This document shows, piece after piece, positions 21,491 through 32,028 of a DNA stretch of 63,797 nucleotides. The stretch spans positions 66,543 through 130,339 of the forward strand of contig NW_013657627.1 of the NCBI RefSeq assembly GCF_000142905.1, in the 5' to 3' direction. Source of the stretch: Thecamonas trahens ATCC 50062. Taxonomy: Eukaryota; Protista; Apusomonadida. The number at the start of each line of letters is the position of its first letter. The stretch's first letter is position 1. The translations under genes and the position numbers were made by a program. The notes under the pieces are model-generated. The model searched no databases and was not told the DNA's origin. It was given only the letters and a program-made list of their open reading frames with translations.

Positions 21491-23341
21491 ATGTTCCGCG
21501 TTGGCGCTTTGTCTGGCAACTTAGCGCGTGCTAGCGCCCGCTACGTAGCCGGTGCGGGTGCGACCAACGAGGGCGTGACTGCGCCTGGCATTTTCGGACT
21601 ATTTGCAGCAAAGTTTGAGCGGCCGTCAGGAGCACGACGGAGCGCCAGTTCGTCGGCTCGGAAGCTAGGCAAGGACGGAAGACGACGGGTGATGTCCAAG
21701 ATCGGGAAGAAGAAGCCGCTGCCGTCGCTTGGATCGTACGATACCTCGGTGGAGCCGCTCCTGCCGCCGCCGGCGTCGCCGGCTGTCGCCGAAGAGCTGC
21801 GATTCGACGACGTCAAGTTGGCGTACGGCAAGCAGAGTACGTGGCATTTGCTCCGAGCGCTCGCCGTTTTTACGCTCTGCTCCTCAGAGACCATTGTCGC
21901 AAAGTCGGAGGATCTGCTCGCCCTCTCCAACAAGATCTTTGGCAAGTCCCTGACCGAAGCCGTCATGCGCTCGACGTTCTTTGCCCACTTTTGCGCCGGC
22001 GAGACCGGCGCCGACATCCAGCCGGTCGTCATGCGGCTGAAGAAGGCGGGCGTCGGCTCCATTCTTGACTACGCCGCCGAGAACGAGCTGGAGGATCTGG
22101 AAGAGGTAGCCGCCGAGGAGGACATCGACGTGGTGGTCCGTCGCGAGGCCCGTCGCGGCGTCGTCTCGGCGCGGACATACGACTACGCCGGTGAGGCCGA
22201 GTGCGACGCCAATGCCGACATGTTTCTGCAGGCCATCGAGGACGCTGCCGCCGGCGAGGGCCTCGTTGCCGTCAAGTTGACGGCGCTGGGCAAGCCCGTC
22301 CTCCTCGAGCGCATGAGCTCGCTGCTCATCGCCATCCGCGACCTCTGGCACGACCGTTTTGCTCTGCCCTCGGGCGAGCCCGACGGCTCGGTCTCGCCAG
22401 ACTCGTTCCAGCTCTCGCTCCGTGACGTCGGTGTCCAGCTCTCGGAGAGCCAGGCCGCAGAGCTCTTTGACGAGATCGACTTTTCCAAGGACGACAAGCT
22501 CGACTACATCGAGTGGACCTACGCCCTGCGCCTCAACGACCTGACCACCCGTTCCGCAGCCTACCTGACGGCCAAGGACCAGTTTGCCAAGTCGGGCGTC
22601 CTCCCGCTGCTCGACGAACGCGAGACGGCCCTCATGGACAACATGGTCCGCCGGCTCGAGACCGTGGCCAAGGCCGCCGCCGCCGCCCGCGTCCGCCTCA
22701 TGATCGACGCCGAGCAGACGTACCTGCAGCCGGCCATCGACCACTTTACCCTCGAGCTCCAGCGCCGCCACAACATCGACTTTCCCTCCATCTTCAACAC
22801 ATACCAATGCTACCTCAAGAAGACTCAACGCAAGGTGACCAACGACCTCGAGCGCTCACAGCGGGAGGGCTTCTGGTTCGCCGGCAAAATGGTTCGCGGC
22901 GCGTACATGGTCCAGGAGCGTGCCCGCGCTGAAGAGCTCGGCATCGAGGATCCCATCTTGCCCAACATCGACGCCACACATGCCAACTACGACGCCTGCG
23001 TCGAGCTCATCCTCGACAACATGGATCACTCGAATGTCATGGTCGCCTCTCACAACGAAGCCTCGGTGGCCGCCACTGTGGCTGGCATGGCCGAGCGCAA
23101 CATTGCCAAGGACTCTGGCGTCTACTTTGGCCAGCTCCTGGGCATGGCCGACTACATCACCTTTACCCTCGGCTCCAAGGGCTACCGTGCCTTCAAGTAC
23201 GTTCCCTATGGGCCCATCGACGAGGTCATGCCCTACCTCATCCGCCGCGCCCAGGAGAACTCGGGCATGATGTCCAACGTCGCCCATGAGAGGGCCATGC
23301 TCTGGGCCGCCCTCAAGCAGCGTTTCTCGCTCTCCTCCTAG
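21491..23341 (+). CDS. PRODH: Mitochondrial proline dehydrogenase with EF-hand insert
   Basis: TFFAHFCAGE, SILDYAAE, VKLTALG, MIDAEQTYLQPAI, NTYQCYLK, KMVRGAYM, VASHN, FGQLLGMAD, KYVPYGP..EVMPYLIRRAQEN. Arg-rich N-terminus consistent with a presequence. Confidence 0.95.
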   Translation: MFRVGALSGNLARASARYVAGAGATNEGVTAPGIFGLFAAKFERPSGARRSASSSARKLGKDGRRRVMSKIGKKKPLPSLGSYDTSVEPLLPPPASPAVAEELRFDDVKLAYGKQSTWHLLRALAVFTLCSSETIVAKSEDLLALSNKIFGKSLTEAVMRSTFFAHFCAGETGADIQPVVMRLKKAGVGSILDYAAENELEDLEEVAAEEDIDVVVRREARRGVVSARTYDYAGEAECDANADMFLQAIEDAAAGEGLVAVKLTALGKPVLLERMSSLLIAIRDLWHDRFALPSGEPDGSVSPDSFQLSLRDVGVQLSESQAAELFDEIDFSKDDKLDYIEWTYALRLNDLTTRSAAYLTAKDQFAKSGVLPLLDERETALMDNMVRRLETVAKAAAAARVRLMIDAEQTYLQPAIDHFTLELQRRHNIDFPSIFNTYQCYLKKTQRKVTNDLERSQREGFWFAGKMVRGAYMVQERARAEELGIEDPILPNIDATHANYDACVELILDNMDHSNVMVASHNEASVAATVAGMAERNIAKDSGVYFGQLLGMADYITFTLGSKGYRAFKYVPYGPIDEVMPYLIRRAQENSGMMSNVAHERAMLWAALKQRFSLSS

Positions 23342-23457
23342 ACGAACAAGCTGCGGGCGCATTGCATTGAGCTCATGAAGCCATCTCGAGTACATGCTGG
23401 TGGTTGGAAGCAGGATCTGTAGGGGTTTGGTGGTGGTGGGGGGGGGGAGCGGGATGC

Positions 23458-23960
23458 TCAGAGCAGGAGACGCTCCTTGAAGACCTGGTGCATGGTCTTG
23501 CCGAGGACAGCCGGGGAGCGGGTGACGACAGCACCGGCATCCTCGAGAGCCGCGATCTTGGACTCGGCGCCGCCCTTGCCGCCCGAGATGATGGCACCAG
23601 CATGACCCATGCGACGGCCGGGCGGGGCAGTGACACCGGCAATGAACGAGACAATGGGCTTGGTGATGTTCTGCTCCTTGATGTACGCCGCGGCCTCCTC
23701 CTCGGCCACGCCGCCGATCTCACCGATGAGGATGATGCCCTCGGTCGACGGGTCGTTGTTGAACATCTCGAGGCAGTCGATAAAGTTGGTGCCGTTGAAC
23801 GGGTCACCGCCAATGCCGACGCAGATCGACTGGCCCAGGCCGACAGCCGTCGTCTGCGCCACAGCCTCGTACGTCAGGGTGCCGGAGCGCGACACGACAC
23901 CGATGCGGCCGGCCGAGTGGATGTGGCCCGGCATGATGCCGATCTTGCACTCGTCGGGCT

Positions 23961-23991
<31 letters not shown>

Positions 23992-25299
23992 ACGCGTCTT
24001 GTCCTGCGACATGAGCGCCGCCTTGACGCGGACCATGTCCTGCTGGGGAATGCCCTCGGTGATGCACACCACGAGCGGGACCTCAGCCTCGAGCGCCTCC
24101 ATGATCGCCGCGGCCGCAAACGGCGGCGGAACGTAGATGACCGACGCGTCAGCGCCAGTCTCGTTCTTGGCCTGTGTCATTCGGAGAAGAGAGTTAGTTA
24201 GTACCAGTGGAACACCACATCGCAAACGTTGACCGCGTGTCACCCACCACCGCCAACCACCGCCGTCACTACGAACGTCACCAATACTGCGATGGCGAGC
24301 TACCGCCTGACACTGCCCGCTGCCCGCCACTGCACAAAGCGGGGGCAGTTGTGTTGTGGGGGGACGGACAGACGAACAGACGGACAGACGAACAGACGGA
24401 CAGACGGACAGACGAGCAGACGGACAAGCAGACGGCCAGATGGACAATTGGGTTGACTTTGCGCACCTCGAAAAGTAGGTGGGAAGGTGGGGGGGGGGGG
24501 CACCATGGACATGTGCATCAGGAAAGATGGGTTGTCATCGAAGAATGGGTACAACGCACCACTTCAGAAGTCTATCATCAAGCATCATATGCATCATGTC
24601 CAAGGGAGGGTGGGGGAGGGGGGTGGGGGGTGGGGGGAGGGGGGGGGGCATGCACATCATTCGATACCGGCATGGATACCGGCATGGATACCAGCATGGA
24701 TGCCGGCATGGATACCGGCATGGATACCAGCATGGATGGCTGGGAGTAGCGGGACATGGATACGTACCTCCTCAACGGTGGCAAAGACGGGGACACCGAG
24801 GTGGGTGGTGCCGGCCTTGGAGGGGGAAATCCCCGCCACCATGTTGGTGCCGTAGGCAATGGCCTGTTCAGTGTGGAAGGTACCCTACACACAGAGACAC
24901 ACATACACACCATGAGTAACACATACTGAACAACAAACTCCATACTCCTCTCTGTCTGTCTCTCACTCTCTTCTCCCTTGGCTAGCCATGCAGCAGCGGA
25001 CGTGGCTATGACGCGGCGGCTGGGCCGCGAACGACCTCCATCGACCAAAAAAATGGTTCTCTCAGCTGGGGCGAGGGGGGCATGGGGTATGGCCATGACA
25101 GCGAGCGACAAGCATACTACATGGGGAAGAAGGTCATGGGTATGGAGAATATGATACATACCTGCTTGCCAGTCATACCCTGGCACATAACCTTGGTATC
25201 CTTGCCAATCCAGAGTCCCGACGAGGCGGCAGACATAGCCCGCGACAGGGCCGTCGCCACCGCTGCGGGGCGGGTGAGGAGCGAACGAGCAGCGAGCAT
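23458..25299 (-). CDS. SUCLG1: Succinyl-CoA ligase alpha subunit, mitochondrial; 3 exons
   Basis: Exons 25299-25162, 24884-24768, 24171-23458 (GTATGT and GTACGT donors; TACTAAC branch point near 24200). Motifs [34 protein letters not shown], phospho-His MGHAGA. Confidence 0.96.
24364..24737. repeat. Intronic simple repeats: (GACA/GACG)n at ~24364-24443 and 12-bp GGATACC(G/A)GCAT about 6 times at ~24663-24737
   Basis: Visible tandem copies inside SUCLG1 intron 2. Confidence 0.85.
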
Positions 25300-25619
25300 G
25301 GTTGGGTGGGGGCGAGAGACGGGTGACCGCACCTACCGTTCCCTCGCCTTGCTGCCAGTAATGCAAACTTTCTCCTTCAAATTATCGTTGCCGTTTCGAG
25401 TCACAGAGTTAAAAATAATCGTTCGTTCGTTGTGCTCCAAACATGCCGCTACTACTACGACCACCGACCCGACCGCGCTGGTGATGATGACAATCGTTTC
25501 GTAGCAAACTGAGCGTTCTGGGTCAAGATCGTGATGGGAGCCGAGGTGGAGACTGGGAGGCAGAGGTGGTGATCGATGTACCCGCGACAAAGGCTCTCAC
25601 ACACAAGTTAAATGAGTCG

Positions 25620-27302
25620 CTACTCGACGCCGTACCCGAGGACCTCAAAGACGCCACCCACAAGATAGAGCGAGCCGCAGACAAGGACGTCGACGCCATC
25701 GTTCTCCCATGGCCCGCCTGGTGCTGTCATGTTGCGGACAAAGTCCAGTGAGTCCTGGATCGAGTCGAGCTGGACCATCGGCGCGTCGCCGTCGCGGATG
25801 TCCGGAGTGGCGCGGTGGCGGCCGGCAGCGAGAGCATCGGCGACCGACTTGGGCACAGACCGCACCGCCGCGCCACCAGAAGGGGCGTCGCATTCGAGCG
25901 GCTCGCCCGAGGCCAGCTTGAACCAGGTCTCAAGCTGGCGCTCCTTCCAGGCTTCGCGCCGCTTGCGGCGATACGCGCGGCGCTGCTCGTCCGGATCCGA
26001 GTCGTTGACCGAGGCCGGCGCCTCGTCGCCCGGCGGATACGCCGTTGTCGACGAGAAGACCACCAGATCAAACGGCGTCGACATGTGAACGTCCACCAGC
26101 GGAAGCATGAGCCACAGCGGATCGCGCGAGTACTTGCAGGCGAACATGAGGACGGTCTTGCGGTCCGGCGCCGCCCGCCTCCGCTCGTTGAACCACTGCA
26201 CGCACGCCTGCATCGACTCGTACGTGTGCGCCCCGTCCATGTACAGCTCCACACTCGGCGAGATCGAGTGCTGCGAGCACCGCCCGCGCCACTTGGCCGC
26301 CCGCAGCGCCGCCCCCTCCGCCTCGGTCACCTCATCGGAAGCAGCGAGCCGGAGTTGGCCACTCACCCCAGCCGCAGCCTCGGCGGCACTCGCCAGTCCC
26401 GACGCCTGTGCTGCCAGAAACGCCCGCGCCAGGCCCAGCGCCACCGCCGCGTTGCATGTCTGGTGCGCGCCCGGAAGGCCGAGGCTGTCAGGCGCCTCCA
26501 CAACCAGCGGACGGCTCTCCACCAGCGGCACGCTGGCGGCGGCGGCCTCAGCACGGATGACCTCGAGCGCGCCGTCGTCCTGTGGCGCCGTGATGACCGC
26601 GCCGGTCCCGGGCTTGATAATGCCGGCCTTCTGGAAGGCAATGTCTGTGATCGAGGTGCCGAGGACCTCGAGGTGGTCGTATCCAATCGGGGTGATGCCG
26701 GCGGCCACCGGCGGCGGAATGATATTGGTCGAGTCGTACCGCCCGCCGATGCCAACCTCCATGATGGCTACGTCCACGCCGTGCTCCACAAACACCGCCA
26801 AGCTCATGAGCGTCAGGTAGCGGAAGAACATCGGATGCGGCGGGAGCTCCGAGCTGCGTCCGGCCGCCGCCGCACCGCTCTCGAGCCGCTCCCACATGCC
26901 CCAAAACGCGTTGGAGAAAGTGTCCTCGGACACCGGCCTGCCGTCGATTCGGATCCGCTCACGCGGCGAGAGCAGATGCGGCGAGGTGAAGAGTCCGGTC
27001 CGCACGCCCGACGACCGCAGCAGCTGCTCCGTCATCGCCGCTGTCGAGCCCTTGCCCTTGGTTCCTGTCACATGGATGAACTCGATCGTCCGCAGCTTGC
27101 TATCGTCGAGCCCCGCCCGCGCCTTGTACTCATGCATCTCTGGCAGCGACTGCGCGTATTTGGCCGCCCGCTCCTTCGGGCCCATCGCCGCAATCGTCTT
27201 GAGGATGTTGACGTTTGACTGCAGCGAGAGCAGCGCCTTGAGCGCATTCTGTGTGCCTCTGCCGTGAGTCGAGTTGATCTCACCCATACTACCTGCCGTC
27301 AT
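25620..27302 (-). CDS. FPGS: Folylpolyglutamate synthase
   Basis: LLSLQSN, IHVTGTKGKGST, TGLFTSPHL...RERIRIDG, FFRYLTL, EVGIGGRYDSTN, DGAHT..S, VLVCGSLYLVG. True start uncertain. Confidence 0.94.
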   Translation of the reverse strand: MTAGSMGEINSTHGRGTQNALKALLSLQSNVNILKTIAAMGPKERAAKYAQSLPEMHEYKARAGLDDSKLRTIEFIHVTGTKGKGSTAAMTEQLLRSSGVRTGLFTSPHLLSPRERIRIDGRPVSEDTFSNAFWGMWERLESGAAAAGRSSELPPHPMFFRYLTLMSLAVFVEHGVDVAIMEVGIGGRYDSTNIIPPPVAAGITPIGYDHLEVLGTSITDIAFQKAGIIKPGTGAVITAPQDDGALEVIRAEAAAASVPLVESRPLVVEAPDSLGLPGAHQTCNAAVALGLARAFLAAQASGLASAAEAAAGVSGQLRLAASDEVTEAEGAALRAAKWRGRCSQHSISPSVELYMDGAHTYESMQACVQWFNERRRAAPDRKTVLMFACKYSRDPLWLMLPLVDVHMSTPFDLVVFSSTTAYPPGDEAPASVNDSDPDEQRRAYRRKRREAWKERQLETWFKLASGEPLECDAPSGGAAVRSVPKSVADALAAGRHRATPDIRDGDAPMVQLDSIQDSLDFVRNMTAPGGPWENDGVDVLVCGSLYLVGGVFEVLGYGVE

Positions 27303-28311
27303 GATTGCGAGCGCGAAAGCCACAGCCAAGACAGCTCCCGAGATCGCTCTGACGATCCCATCACGTCAGACCAGACGGGTAAGCCTACCATTGGCGCCAT
27401 GAACGCCACCGCCATCACGCCGGCTACCACAGACCACATCGTTCACATCATCGATCACAACACCACCAAGAAACTCGCTCCACTCATCTAGCACGCTCAC
27501 ATATATAGATCTGATCGCGTCGCCATGCCTGTAACCATGGCCAGTAGACAGATGAGGGCCTGTCGCCCAAGAGGGGGAGGGGATCGATCCCTCTTCGCGG
27601 GGGAAGAGGGGAGAGTGAGGACACAGGCCGTAACATGTGAAATACATAGATTGCGTACATCATAGTCACGGGGAGGAGAGATGGATGCCATAGTTCTGCT
27701 CACACCAACCCTTGCAGAGATTAGAGCACTCTGTGCAAGTCGGCGCATCCACAGAGTGAGGTGAGTCCCTCCGCACCCAACCCCTCACTGCCCAATTTGT
27801 CGGCTGCTGCCACGCGACGCCACACAGCTGGCCCTGCCACAGCCCCAACCGCATGCTCCCGCTCCTGTACACCCCTTATCCAGCACCATCCATTGTCCGT
27901 TACTAGATACGGATGGTTGGCTGGTTGCCGGTCGTTGCAGTGGCAAGGATCGGACTCGATTCCGCAACCGAATCTACATAGAGGTTTCGATCTGATCTCG
28001 ATGCCCGAGGCCCACACAGGGACGTACACATCGTACACGAGACATACCCCGACTCCCCCCCCCCTCCCCCCCCCCCCCTCCATGACCCCATGACCACGCA
28101 CATCCCCCAAACCACATCAATCCCTACTATACCCAACCCCCCCCCCCCCTTTTCCCTCATCACCCCAATCAAAATCCAAGTCACCGACAGGTTTGCCCAC
28201 ATGCGTTCCAAAGCAGCACAGGACCGGCAAGGGGGGGGGGGGGGTCACACACCGAGAGCGTAGCAGTGAGAGAAACAGACCTCTCACCATTGTTCTCACC
28301 AGGTGTGGAGA

Positions 28312-29535
28312 ATGTCTGAATCTTCTTCGTCAACCTCGTCCACTACCGAGCACAGGCCTGGTGTGTACCTCGCCACAGAGCCTTCCTCATCCATGCCTGC
28401 TGCCGTACTCTCGTACACGGCTGGCTTGTCGACCTCTTCTGATGACGAAGAGGATGAGGTGAACAACAATGGTCTTCCCACTGCCGCACCTTTGCCCTTT
28501 CCTACTTCTGCTCTTTCGAATGATGTGCACGATGGTGGTGCTCGAGGCTCTGCTGCCAATATCGATGACGTCAATGACGATGACGATGATGATGATGATG
28601 ATGATGATGATGAGGAAGAGTCATCGTCATCGGCCACACACTCGCATGCCGGGACAGACTCGGACTCGGACGTCTCTATGTCCGAGTATCGCACAATGAC
28701 CCTGGATACGGCCGCCACCTCGGCCGTTCGTCAGCTATGGTTGGTGCGGGATCAGGTTACCTCGGACGCGGCTCTCGCCGAGCAGTTGGAGGCGGAAGAG
28801 TTTGACGAGTTCCGCAACCAGCGCGATTGGGACGGCATCCGCGAGGGCATCACAGATTCGGAGGCTGTGGCAACTCAGCTGGAGGAGGAGGAACGCCGCG
28901 CCTTCCAGGCTGCAGAGGCCGAGCGCCGCGCCGCCATCGCCTCTCGCGAACAGGCCGACGCTGCCACCGCCGCCGCCATCGCAGCCGCGGACCTTGCGAG
29001 CACTCCTGCTGCTGCCGCAGGCACCCTGCCGCTGGTTGCTCTCGATGCGAGCGATGACAACGCCGCCGTCGCCGGGCCATCCGGCGGTAGCGCCGACGCC
29101 GACGCCGACGCCGACGCCGCTCGCCGCCGCAAGAAGAAGAAGCGCCGCAAGCGTGAGCGTCGCGGCTTCTACAACCCCGAGGACGACGTGATGGCCACGG
29201 TCGATGACAGCCAGCTGCCAGACCTGGCACCACCGGCAACGCTGGTCGACTCGTCGGATGACGCCGACTTTGAAGTCCTCCGCCCGCCGCCGGAACTCCC
29301 AGATTCGGACGACGACGACGGCGCGCCGGAGCGGTCAAAGTCCAAGGCCGAGCTCGAGCTGGAGAAGAAGCTGGAAGACCAGCGCCAGCTCATCCTGGAC
29401 TGGCGATTCCTCTTCTTCAAGAAGCATTCGCGTCCGGCGCTCTTTGCCGACATGACCGACTCGAAAAAGGTCCGCAAGATGCTCGCCAAGTACCGCTCCA
29501 TTCTGCGCAAGCTGATCAAGAAGCGCAAGTGCTGA
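28312..29535 (+). CDS. Hypothetical acidic low-complexity protein with basic NLS-like tract and small C-terminal helical domain
   Basis: Long ORF with GC3-rich codons, poly-Asp, RRRKKKKRRKR, C-terminal ILDWRFLFFKKHSRP...YRSI. Confidence 0.7.
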   Translation: MSESSSSTSSTTEHRPGVYLATEPSSSMPAAVLSYTAGLSTSSDDEEDEVNNNGLPTAAPLPFPTSALSNDVHDGGARGSAANIDDVNDDDDDDDDDDDDEEESSSSATHSHAGTDSDSDVSMSEYRTMTLDTAATSAVRQLWLVRDQVTSDAALAEQLEAEEFDEFRNQRDWDGIREGITDSEAVATQLEEEERRAFQAAEAERRAAIASREQADAATAAAIAAADLASTPAAAAGTLPLVALDASDDNAAVAGPSGGSADADADADAARRRKKKKRRKRERRGFYNPEDDVMATVDDSQLPDLAPPATLVDSSDDADFEVLRPPPELPDSDDDDGAPERSKSKAELELEKKLEDQRQLILDWRFLFFKKHSRPALFADMTDSKKVRKMLAKYRSILRKLIKKRKC

Positions 29536-29620
29536 CAGCGGTTGGTGAGGCGACGGCTCCGTTTATGTGCGGGCGCACGCGCGCCTCGAGGCAAAGTCAA
29601 GAAAGTCGCGCGAGGGGACA

Positions 29621-30581
29621 TTACATGCACTGGTGCGGGACGTCAAAGACGCGCGGGTCCTTGGGCGTTGTCGGCGCCCACTTCTCGAACAGCATGACAA
29701 ACTCGGACTGCGCCGTCGTGTCGTTCATGCCAAACAGGTACGGGTGGGTGGGATCGTGGGCGAGGACGCCGAGGCCGAGCTCGATGTTGGCCGCCTTAAA
29801 CGTCCAAAAGTCGATCATGAGGTGACGGACACGCTTCTGCCCAGCGTACTGCGCCTTGGAGACCCAGTCAAACCAGCCTGGGAGCGAGCCGGTCACAGCC
29901 TTCTTGTAGCACATCGTCTTGTTGTTCGAGTCGATGGCGTAGTCAAAGCCGAGATCGTAACGCGCAAGCTCGTACACGTCGTTGTGCTTGTGCTGCGGGT
30001 TCTCAAACTCCCAGAACTGCACAGCCTTGTTGGCAGACTGATCCTGCGCCACACGGCCCTCACCGATCGCATGCTCGTTGCCCTTGTGCACCTCGACTGC
30101 GCAAGTCAAGGAATATGAGTAAGAAAAGCGTGTAGATTTGTGAGAGAAAAAAAAAAAGCAATGCCAAAGGAAATCGCTCGACTTCCGCAGAGCAAAAGGT
30201 ATTGACGGAAAGGGGGGGAGGGGCGGGAAAAAAGACGGCAAAGGTGATGGGAAAGCCGTCTGTGGCGATGAACTTACTGGTGACAGCAGCCTCAAAGGTT
30301 TCCGAAATGGAAGGCGGACTAGAGTATGTTCATGTGGGGCAGTTTGTGTGAGTGGGGGGGGGGGGGGGCGAGAACCGTGTTGCTGTAGCCATTCTTCCGC
30401 GTGGATATGATAGGGTTGGGAGGGCGAGCCAAAAAACGCGTGCCCCTCACCTCGGCTACAGGCAACGATACAAAGGCATTGCGACAGCGCACAACACGTC
30501 CTGGGATAGCAGAAAGGAAACGTACGTTGCTGCAAGCGCAAGAGCAAACACAGCGCAGAGAACAAGCACGGTCTTGAACAT
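29621..30581 (-). CDS. Secreted ependymin-related (EPDR-like) protein; 3 exons
   Basis: Exons 30581-30526, 30318-30278, 30096-29621 splice in frame to signal peptide MFKTVLVLCAVFALALAA then TPPSISETFEAAVTIEVH... Contains RYDLG, C-x-K and a terminal DPRVFDVPHQC typical of EPDRs. Confidence 0.7.
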
Positions 30582-30993
30582 GGTGTTGTTGGTAGTCGCG
30601 TGTCCGCACCTGTCCCCGTCGCCGTGCCTGTGCGCCGAGCTGGCAGCGGCTGCGGCCCGTTTCGCGAAACTGTTTGGCTGTCAAAGAAAGCCGTAGCCCG
30701 AGTTCATCATCGAGCTCGGGACAGCCCCTGTGCTTCCATGGCGGTTAAGGAACAGAGGCCAGATCTGGGCTGAGTTCATTTTCTAATGCGATCTCTAGCC
30801 GTGTCGACGACAATGGAGGGGGGGGGGGGGGAGGACTGAGCGGCTGCAAGCCCGACGTCTGCCGTCGGCGAGGATCTTCAGCTGATGCGCGTGTGTGCGT
30901 GTGTGTGCGTGCGTGCGTGTGCATGTGAGCGTGTGAGCGTATACATGCGTGTACGCGTACATGTGTGCATGATGGCCCAAGACGTGTGATGGG

Positions 30994-31517
30994 TCACGAT
31001 GACGGCGGTGTTGTTGTGGGCGGCTCGGGCGATCTGTCGTTGAGCTCGGCCTGCTTGCGATTGAGCTGGTCAGCAAGGGCATGCATCTTCTTGACGTGTT
31101 CGTTGTGAAAATGGGAGCAAGTGTGCCACGCAGCCATGGTACCGACTGCAAACGCGCCGATGGCCCAGTTGCCGGCGCGGAGGCCGTTCCCTGGGATGAC
31201 GACAGAATGTGCCGGCGATGTGAGTGAGTCGAGGTAGTCCCCCTCCACCTCCTCCCCTCGCTCACTACTCATCAAGCGCGGTACGTACATGTCTTGAGAA
31301 AGGCAAACGAGCCAGCAGAAAAGCCGGCGGTGATGCCCACCAGATACGCGTTGCGGAAGCACTTTGTGCCCGTGAGGCCAGCAAAGTCGAGCCAAGTCGC
31401 GACTGAACGCGACATACCACCGCCAGACGGGGCGACTTGGGACGACTGGTTCTGGCCATTGTCACCGCTTGGGCAACCCATACTTGCACTTGTGCTTTCT
31501 CTTGCTTCCGTCGCCAT
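30994..31517 (-). CDS. COX20: Cytochrome c oxidase assembly protein COX20; 2 exons
   Basis: Exons 31517-31289 and 31190-30994 (GTACGT...CCCAG) give KCFRNAYLVGITAGFSAGSFAFLKTWNGLRAGNWAIGAFAVGTMAAWHTC: two TM helices flanked by the conserved Cys residues. Confidence 0.85.
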
Positions 31518-32028
31518 CCTCTCTGACTTTTGTCGACAAGTATCGCTGCTCTCGTCTGCCTGTCTCTTGTGACCATCGAGCTGCCGCCGTCCCTATCTGC
31601 GGTCGTCACCACTCACGCGGCAAACCCCGCCAGAATAGGGCCGGATCCGTCCCGGGCCGTACCCAGCTTATGGCCCCAGTCCGATCCCTGCATCACACGC
31701 CCACTTATCAACTTGATCATCGTTCCGGGGATGCTAATTGGTGGTACCGAGTCTCCATGTCCGCGCCCCCTCTCCCCCCCCCCCTGCCTGCCTCAGCGTC
31801 ACAGGTCTCTCCGCCCGTACTCATCACACCTGATCCGAGCCGCTCATCAACCCACCCATACCATAACACTCAACCATGCTCAACATTGTCTTCGCATGTA
31901 TCCCCCCCCCTCATCTCCGTCTGAGATCCGATCGCGGCCATGTCCCCCCCGGTCGGCGACGTTTCCCGCCATTAGCCAACAACTGGAGACGACCACTTGA
32001 CTCGCACCAGCCACCAGCCACTGCGAGC

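Noticed and set aside
30452-30456. Possible 5-nt microexon (TAG-CCGAG-GTGAGG on the minus strand) in EPDR intron 1
   Set aside because: Inclusion would break the frame that direct exon 1 to exon 2 splicing preserves
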